Both the position numbers and the translations under genes were made by a program. DNA of 63,419 nt, filler included. It is 4 parts of 4 records of this genome, joined end to end, with 100 filler letters (N's around TTAATTAATTAA, not from the genome) between each part and the next. Parts side by side here need not be neighbours in the genome. Positions count along the whole stretch, not along the records: positions 56,439 to 63,419 come from SRR20825006_284; 3 more parts are not named here. One strand, 5' to 3'. Below, piece by piece: positions 57,302 through 63,419 of the stretch. The notes below the pieces were generated by a model, which ran no database searches, was not told where the DNA came from, and was given only the letters and a program-made list of their open reading frames with translations. Every line of letters starts with the position of its first letter. Position 1 is the first letter of the stretch.

Positions 57302-58873
57302 TCAGTCGATCCGCGCAAGCCACAGGCGCGCTTTGTCGTCGCCTGTTTGCGGAATGCTCACACCGTCACGCGCGGCCCAGGACAGCGGCTGTGCGTGCAG
57401 CGGCAGCCATGCGACCTCGCTTTTGGCGATGGCAAAGGCTTCGGTCATCATTTCCAGACGCTTGTCCGCATCCAGTTCGGTGGCCACGGCTTCGGTCAGG
57501 CGATCCACTTCCGCGTTGGAATAGCCGCCGGGGTTCCAGGTGCCCATCTGCCCGCCGGGGGTGTGCAGCATCGCCGACAGCACCGAATAGCCGTCCAGCA
57601 TCGGCAGCGTGGCCCAGCCCAGCATGAACATATCCGTCTCGTTGGCGCGGGCGTGTTCAAAGTGGATCGCCTTGGTCTCGGCTGTCAGGTCGGCCTTGAC
57701 GCCCACGCGTGCGAACATCGCGGCCAAGGCCTGACAGATCGCCGCATCATTGACGTAACTGTCGTTGGGGCAGTTCATGTTAAAGCTGAAGCCGTCCGCA
57801 TAGCCCGCGTCGGCCAGCATCTGCTTGGCCAGTTCGGGATCATAGGCGGGGATTTCATCGTTCGCGTCGTCAAAGCCGGGAACCTGCGGGGCGACAAGCG
57901 TGCCCAGATTGCGGGATTTGCCGCGCATGATCTTGTCGCGCAGCAGGTCATAGCTGATCGCATGGACCAATGCCTGACGCACCTCGACCTTTTGCAGCGG
58001 ATTGCCCTCGGTGCTGGCATTGTTCAACTGATCGCTCAGGTTGAACCCCATCATGATCGCGCGCAGTCCGGGTGCCTCGAGCACGTGCATGCCGGGGGTC
58101 GCCTCAATGCGTTTCGAATCCTGCAGCGGCGACGGCACGATCATATCCAACTCGCCCGACAGCATCGCCGCCACGCGGGTGGCGTCCGAATTGATCGGGT
58201 TCAGCTCGATGCGGGTGATGTTGTGTTTTGGCGTGTCCCACCAGCCTGCGTTGACCTCAAGCACGGTCTGCGCGTCCGGGGTGCGCGACACGAAACGGAA
58301 CGGCCCGGTGCCGTTGGCGTGCGAGGTGGTGTAGCCCTCTTCGCCCTTTTGCGCGTCGATGGGGTCCAGCGCATTGTTTTCTTCCAGCCAGCCCGCGTCG
58401 AAGATCAGGATGTTGGTCAGAAAGTTGTTCAGCAGCGGGTTCGGCCCGTCCAGCAGCAGATCGACGGTCATGTCGTCCACCATCTTGGCCCCGACAAGGC
58501 CCGCGATGTTGCCGCGAATGGGCGAATCCTCATGCGCTGCACGGTTGACCGAGGCGACAACATCTTCGGCGGTCAGGTCCTGACCGTCATGGAACTTGAC
58601 CCCCTCGCGCAGGTGATAACGCACGGTGGTTTCGTCAATCTGCTCCCAGCTTTTGGCAAGCGCCGGTTCGATTTTCAGGTCCGCGTCATAGCGCACAAGG
58701 GCTTCGTAGATGTGGTTCAGGAACGACACCGTAAAGCTGTCGGTCATGGAATGGGGGTCAAGCCCGTAAAGGTCGCCGTTGGTGCCAAGGCGAAAAGTTT
58801 CGGCCTGCGCCGCGCCGCCAAAGGCCAGCGACAGCGCCGTGGTTGCGGTCAGCAAGAGTTTGCGTGGAGTCAT
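57302..58873 (-). CDS. ABC substrate-binding protein family 5 (DppA-like)
   Basis: Signal peptide; 'LDPH', 'LREGVKFHDG', 'NGTGPF', 'YDPELAKQMLADAGY'. Confidence 0.93.
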   Translation of the reverse strand: MTPRKLLLTATTALSLAFGGAAQAETFRLGTNGDLYGLDPHSMTDSFTVSFLNHIYEALVRYDADLKIEPALAKSWEQIDETTVRYHLREGVKFHDGQDLTAEDVVASVNRAAHEDSPIRGNIAGLVGAKMVDDMTVDLLLDGPNPLLNNFLTNILIFDAGWLEENNALDPIDAQKGEEGYTTSHANGTGPFRFVSRTPDAQTVLEVNAGWWDTPKHNITRIELNPINSDATRVAAMLSGELDMIVPSPLQDSKRIEATPGMHVLEAPGLRAIMMGFNLSDQLNNASTEGNPLQKVEVRQALVHAISYDLLRDKIMRGKSRNLGTLVAPQVPGFDDANDEIPAYDPELAKQMLADAGYADGFSFNMNCPNDSYVNDAAICQALAAMFARVGVKADLTAETKAIHFEHARANETDMFMLGWATLPMLDGYSVLSAMLHTPGGQMGTWNPGGYSNAEVDRLTEAVATELDADKRLEMMTEAFAIAKSEVAWLPLHAQPLSWAARDGVSIPQTGDDKARLWLARID

Positions 58874-58971
58874 GTTGGTATCCCTGTTTTCGGTTCATTG
58901 GGCCGGCAAAAGCGGCGTGCACGTGGATGACGATGGAAAGCTGACATGATTCGCAATTTACGTCTACAATT

Positions 58972-58983
58972 ATTGTTAACAAT
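58972..58983. promoter_or_regulatory. Palindromic operator, probably for the adjacent GntR/FCD regulator
   Basis: Perfect palindrome ATTGTTAACAAT in the divergent intergenic region; fits FadR-subfamily TnGT-n-ACnA sites. Confidence 0.6.
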
Positions 58984-59073
58984 TTGTGACTACATTAATT
59001 GCTTGCATCCATCTGCCTAATTTTGCGACACTCACGGTCAGGCCAGTTGCCCAGTTCACGCCAAGGAGGTGAG

Positions 59074-59772
59074 ATGTCGGACGCTCCCAAACTCACGGAA
59101 CAGCAGATCTATGAACGGATCTGGAAATCGATTGCCGAACGTCGCTTGCCGCCGGGCACCCGCCTGAAAGAAGAGCGCCTGTGCGAGATTTTCGGCGTCA
59201 GCCGTCCGCGCATCCGCCGGGCGCTGGACCAGTTGGCCCATGACGGGCTGGTCTGCCACATTCCCAATCGCGGGGCCTTTGTGTCGACGCCATCCGTGGA
59301 CGAAGCACGCGATGTGTTCTTCACCCGCCGCGTGGTCGAGCGTGGCGTGATTGATGCGTTGAAAGACAATGTCAGCGACGACACGCTGTCGGCCCTGAAG
59401 GGCCACATAGAGCAGGAACGCCAGGCACTGCGGGACGGTGATACGTCACAGACCATCCGGCTGTCGGGGGCCTTTCACATGCTGCTGGCCGAACTGGCCG
59501 CATCGCCGCTGCTGGCGGACATCCTGCGCGATCTGGTGTCCAAAAGCACTTTGGTCACGGCGGTGTTTCAGCCGAAATGCGACACCCAATGCGGCCCGGA
59601 TGAACATGCCTCGATTGTAGACGCATTGGCGCGGGGCGACTTTGAGGCCGCCAAAAGCGCAATGGATGCACACCTGCTGGAAGCGGAACACACCCTGCAA
59701 CTGGAAACGTCGGGGGACGGTCAGCCGTTCCCGACCGATGTTCTGGGCGCAGCCCTAACCGAGGATACCTGA
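59074..59772 (+). CDS. GntR family regulator (FCD domain)
   Basis: 'LPPGTRLKEERL..IFGVSR..IRRAL', 'PNRGAFV', 'FH', 'EH..IVDAL'; GGAGG RBS. Confidence 0.93.
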   Translation: MSDAPKLTEQQIYERIWKSIAERRLPPGTRLKEERLCEIFGVSRPRIRRALDQLAHDGLVCHIPNRGAFVSTPSVDEARDVFFTRRVVERGVIDALKDNVSDDTLSALKGHIEQERQALRDGDTSQTIRLSGAFHMLLAELAASPLLADILRDLVSKSTLVTAVFQPKCDTQCGPDEHASIVDALARGDFEAAKSAMDAHLLEAEHTLQLETSGDGQPFPTDVLGAALTEDT

Positions 59773-59773
59773 G

Positions 59774-61159
59774 TTGACCACCACTGCCATTTCCGGAACC
59801 ACCGCGATCACCATGGACGCCACACGCCGGGTCATTGAAAACGCAACGATTGTCTTTGCCGATGACCGGATCACCGCTGTTGGCGCCGCAAGTGACGTGA
59901 CCATTCCCGAAGGCGCCGAGATCATCGACGGCACAGGCACGCTGACCTTGCCGGGACTGATCGACAGCCACGCGCATGCAGGCCACGGCCTGACCCGCAA
60001 TCTGGGCGCACGGGCAGGGGGCGACGCATGGTTTCTGGCCTGCGAAGACCTGTACACGCGCGGATCAACCGCCGGTTTCTGGCAGGCCGAGGCGCGTTTG
60101 TCGGCGCTGGAACGGCTCAAGGCGGGGATCACCACCTGCACCATGTTGCTGGGCGGTGGCGCGGACCACTATCGCACTGAAACGCGCGAGGCGGGTGATC
60201 TGCACTGCGCTGCCACCCGCGAGGCGGGCCTGCGCACGATGCTGGCCGCCGGTGTAAACCGCGCGCCCTTTCCCAAGACCTATCGCAGCCTTGACCAGTC
60301 GCGCGATATCACGCTGTCCTTCGACGACCAACTGGCGGTCTGCGCGGAATTGGCCGAGGCGCATAACGATCTTTTGGGCGCGGGCACGGGCGTGTGCCTG
60401 ATCATGCCGGTCTATCAGCCGGACGAAGTGGCCAAAGACCCGCAAACCATCCGCCGGATGTGCCGCGACGTGATGGACCTGCGCGAAAAGGCGGGGCTGC
60501 TCTTTACGCAGGACGGGCACCGCAACGGCTCGATCGAGCTGGCTGAAACGCTGGAGATCATCGGCCCGTGGTCATACCTCTCTCACTCTGTCGACCTGAC
60601 CGAGGGCGACATGGCCGCTGCAAAGCGCAGCGGCACCTCGATCGTTCACAACCCGTCAGCGATCATGTCGGTCTATGGCCGTTGCCCCGCGCCGGAACTG
60701 CGTGACATGGGCGTGAACGTGGCGCTGGGATCGGACGCTGCCGCACCGGATCGCGGCTATGACATGTTCCGCCATATGGCCCAATGCCTGCATTACCATC
60801 GCCGCCACTTCCGCGACCCCGATGTGATGATGCCGATTGACGTGCTGGAAATGTGCACCATCGACGCCGCCCGCGCCATCGGGCTGGCAGATGATCTGGG
60901 TTCGCTCGACGTGGGCAAAAAGGCCGACATCATCATGCTGGACCGCGAACAGGCGCATATGTATCCGCCAATCATGCCACTGACTGCGGCCGCGCAATTC
61001 GCAAATGCGGGCGACGTGGACACGGTGATCGTCAACGGCAAGATCAGGATGCGCCATCGCAAGACGGATCTGGACGAACGCGCGATCCTGACATCGGCGG
61101 CGCAGGAGCTGACCGATGCCATCGCGCGCTGTGGGCTGGAGCATCTGCTGGAAGAATGA
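59774..61159 (+). CDS. Amidohydrolase (SsnA/AtzA/TRZ-like)
   Basis: 'PGLIDSHAH', 'HNPSA', 'LGSD', 'GSLDVGKKADII'. Confidence 0.88.
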   Translation: MTTTAISGTTAITMDATRRVIENATIVFADDRITAVGAASDVTIPEGAEIIDGTGTLTLPGLIDSHAHAGHGLTRNLGARAGGDAWFLACEDLYTRGSTAGFWQAEARLSALERLKAGITTCTMLLGGGADHYRTETREAGDLHCAATREAGLRTMLAAGVNRAPFPKTYRSLDQSRDITLSFDDQLAVCAELAEAHNDLLGAGTGVCLIMPVYQPDEVAKDPQTIRRMCRDVMDLREKAGLLFTQDGHRNGSIELAETLEIIGPWSYLSHSVDLTEGDMAAAKRSGTSIVHNPSAIMSVYGRCPAPELRDMGVNVALGSDAAAPDRGYDMFRHMAQCLHYHRRHFRDPDVMMPIDVLEMCTIDAARAIGLADDLGSLDVGKKADIIMLDREQAHMYPPIMPLTAAAQFANAGDVDTVIVNGKIRMRHRKTDLDERAILTSAAQELTDAIARCGLEHLLEE

Positions 61160-61164
61160 GGCAG

Positions 61165-62838
61165 CTATACCTCTGACAGGTTTTCCTCTTCCTTTTGCAT
61201 CATGTCGTCGCGCAGCGGCACGGTCTGGCGCTCGATCATCCGGTGAACCGCCGGCGATCCCTCGCCACGGTGCAGCACCCTCAGACGGTCTGACAGGGCG
61301 GCGTCCGCGTTGGTGCGCCGCTCGTTATGTCGTACATATTCGCCCCAGGTTGGTACATGATAGCTTTCGCTCCAGTGCTCGGGCTGGTGCAGGTCGCGCA
61401 ACAGCGCCCATTGCTGTGCCCCGTCGCGGATGCGCACACGCCGTCGCAGGCTCATGGCGGCCAGAAACTCGGGCACGTCTTCCTGTGCGATTTCATAGTC
61501 GACCATGACCATCACCGGACCGCTGCGATAGTTCAGGTCAAACCGCGTCGCGGGTTCCTTAAAGCGGTTCAGCGGGCCCAGATCCAGGCCGTTGAATTCG
61601 GGCAGGGGAAGGGGATAGCCAATCAGCGCCCCGACAGCCAACAGCCCCGCAGCCCCCAGCAACGCCACCTCTGCCGACCCCGACTGTTCCGCGATGGCAC
61701 CCCAGATCAGGCTGCCTGCGGCCATGCCGCCGAATGTGCCGGTCTGGTACAGGGCGATGACCCGCCCCACGACCCAGCGCGGCGTAGACAGCTGGATGGT
61801 GACGTTGAACATGGACAAGGCCAGCACCCAGGCAGCCCCCGCCAACATCAGCGCGGCCCCCGAAAGGATCGTGTTCGTGCTGAAGGCCAGGACGAGGCAG
61901 CTGGCGCCGAAGCCGACAAAGCCGCCGCGCGCGATGATTTCGTTGCGGAACCGGGTGCGCAGGCTGGCGTTGGACAGGGCGCCGGCCACCGCCCCCATCC
62001 CGAAACAGCCCAGCATGACACCATAGACAAAGGCGGTGGCATTCAGGGTTTCGCGAACCACCACAGGCAAAAGGGCCAGCAGGGCGATGGCGGACAGGCC
62101 GAACCAGAACCCGCGCAGGATCACGCGCAGCAGGTTTGGCGACATCGCCACATACCGCAGGCCGGCGGCAAAAGCGCTGCCCATGGGTTCACGGGGCAGG
62201 TGCGTGTCACGCGCAGGCGCCTGCCAGCGCAGCAGGGCAAGGATAATGGCCACGTAGCTCAGTGCATTGACGGCGAATGCGGCGGCCGCACCCGCAATGG
62301 CCACAATCGCACCGCCCGCGGCTGGGCCCACGCTGCGCATCAGGTTGAAACCCATGCTGTTCAGCGACACGGCCGAGGGCAGTTCCTCGCGCGAGACGAT
62401 GTCGCCCATGGTGGCCTGCCATGAGGGGTTGTGCAGTGCTGTGCCGCACCCGATCAGAAAGGTGAAGCCCAGCAAGAGCCAGGGCGACAACCAACCTTCA
62501 AACGCCATGAATGTCAGTATGATAGAGACACAGAACATGAAGGCCTGAGCGACCAGCATGACGCGGCGGCGGTCAAAGTTGTCGGCAAAAACCCCCGCCA
62601 AAAGCGAGAAAATCATGATCGGCAGCGCGACCGACCCCTGCACCAGCGCCACCATATTCTGAGAATCCGACAGCGAAGTCATCAGCCACGCCGCGCCCAC
62701 CGCCTGAACAAGACCACCAAAGTTCGAGGCCAGTGCCGAAATCCACAATGACCGGAAGGTCTGGTTGCGGAAAAGGATAAGGGGAGAAACTTGATCTGGC
62801 ACTTTGGCAGCCTCTTGTTCACACGCCGTTTCTGGCAT
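61165..62838 (-). CDS. MFS transporter (MFS_3/DUF894 type with C-terminal soluble domain)
   Basis: About 12 TMs; 'AGVFADNFDRRR'; C-terminal 'RIRDGAQQWAL.RD...W.EY.RH..R'. Confidence 0.9.
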   Translation of the reverse strand: MPETACEQEAAKVPDQVSPLILFRNQTFRSLWISALASNFGGLVQAVGAAWLMTSLSDSQNMVALVQGSVALPIMIFSLLAGVFADNFDRRRVMLVAQAFMFCVSIILTFMAFEGWLSPWLLLGFTFLIGCGTALHNPSWQATMGDIVSREELPSAVSLNSMGFNLMRSVGPAAGGAIVAIAGAAAAFAVNALSYVAIILALLRWQAPARDTHLPREPMGSAFAAGLRYVAMSPNLLRVILRGFWFGLSAIALLALLPVVVRETLNATAFVYGVMLGCFGMGAVAGALSNASLRTRFRNEIIARGGFVGFGASCLVLAFSTNTILSGAALMLAGAAWVLALSMFNVTIQLSTPRWVVGRVIALYQTGTFGGMAAGSLIWGAIAEQSGSAEVALLGAAGLLAVGALIGYPLPLPEFNGLDLGPLNRFKEPATRFDLNYRSGPVMVMVDYEIAQEDVPEFLAAMSLRRRVRIRDGAQQWALLRDLHQPEHWSESYHVPTWGEYVRHNERRTNADAALSDRLRVLHRGEGSPAVHRMIERQTVPLRDDMMQKEEENLSEV

Positions 62839-62929
62839 GCTTCACGAATGAGTTATAGCCAATCGTGCCAAGATCAAACAGCTTCTGCTTTCCTCGGGCC
62901 AAGGCGTGCCCTTGAGGCATTTGGAATGT

Positions 62930-63419
62930 CTAGCTTGCCATTCTTTGTTCTGCCGTGGCGGCATTATGAGTGGCGCCAGAGCATCTGAAGTAACCGACAT
63001 CGCGCGTCATCGAATCCACTCCCGCTTGCAATACCTGCACCGCACTTGAACTTTCGCCCGCCATTGCAGCGTTTTGTTGCACCGCCCGGTCAAGGTCCCC
63101 GACGGCACTGTTCATTTCGTGCAAGCCGCTGCTTTGCTCTGCCGCAGCGGATGCAATGTGCAGGATGCTGTCGCGAATTTCCGTGACGGTGGTGTCGATG
63201 GAGTGCAGCGCCTCACCGGCCTGGCCGACCAGATCGACACCGCGACCCACCTGTCGTTTTGAATCCTCGATCAGTTGGGCAATCTCGCGGGCCGCCTCGG
63301 AAGAGCGTTGTGCCAATTCGCGCACTTCGGAGGCAACGACGGCAAAACCACGCCCTGCCTCGCCCGCCCGCGCAGCTTCGACACCGGCATTCAGGGCCAG
63401 CAGGTTGGTCTGAAAGGCG
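62930..63419 (-). CDS. Methyl-accepting chemotaxis protein, C-terminal part (5'-truncated by window end)
   Basis: Frame reads '[39 protein letters not shown]', 'QQNAAM'. Confidence 0.93.
   Translation of the reverse strand, partial: AFQTNLLALNAGVEAARAGEAGRGFAVVASEVRELAQRSSEAAREIAQLIEDSKRQVGRGVDLVGQAGEALHSIDTTVTEIRDSILHIASAAAEQSSGLHEMNSAVGDLDRAVQQNAAMAGESSSAVQVLQAGVDSMTRDVGYFRCSGATHNAATAEQRMAS

Noticed and set aside
57257-58930. 557-aa plus-strand ORF
   Set aside because: Antisense shadow of the DppA-like gene

Overview
This window is not one continuous locus. It is four unrelated contigs joined by 100-nt N/TTAATTAATTAA spacers (6367-6466, 37959-38058, 56339-56438). (1) 1-6366 is alphaproteobacterial-like: an autotransporter + AraC cassette bracketed by a degenerate ~140-170 bp direct repeat, an RTX-type Ca-binding protein and a partial ABC-F ATPase. 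(2) 6467-37958 is an AT-rich Bacteroidota contig: T9SS cargo proteins, pabB-like, tilS, pafA, miaE, a REP cluster, sppA, a VWA protein, an ArsR/SRPBCC/DoxX/YdeI operon, Fic, tig and a partial tRNA-Leu. (3) 38059-56338 is Rhodobacteraceae-like: sugar ABC transporter, CoA-transferase, GH3, an orphan TTT receptor, a full Nit1C (MSMEG_0567-0572-type) nitrilase/radical-SAM cluster with a Pnap_2097-like gene and a MocR regulator, and two convergent LysR paralogs. (4) 56439-63419 is Rhodobacteraceae-like: peptide ABC transporter, GntR, amidohydrolase, MFS and a partial MCP. The best candidate for an undescribed system is 23284-30386. It has an ECF sigma factor, a TM/TPR anti-sigma-like protein, a membrane-anchored PKD/DUF7619-like protein, an exported membrane-anchored TPR-CHAT (caspase-like) protease, and two tandem paralogous ~157-aa proteins ending in GxxxG-bearing, bacteriocin-like hydrophobic peptides. 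A promoter-like motif (TGGTTAG-N18-ACTNA) sits upstream of three of its four apparent transcription units. Taxonomy and family names come from motif recognition only; no database searches were run.
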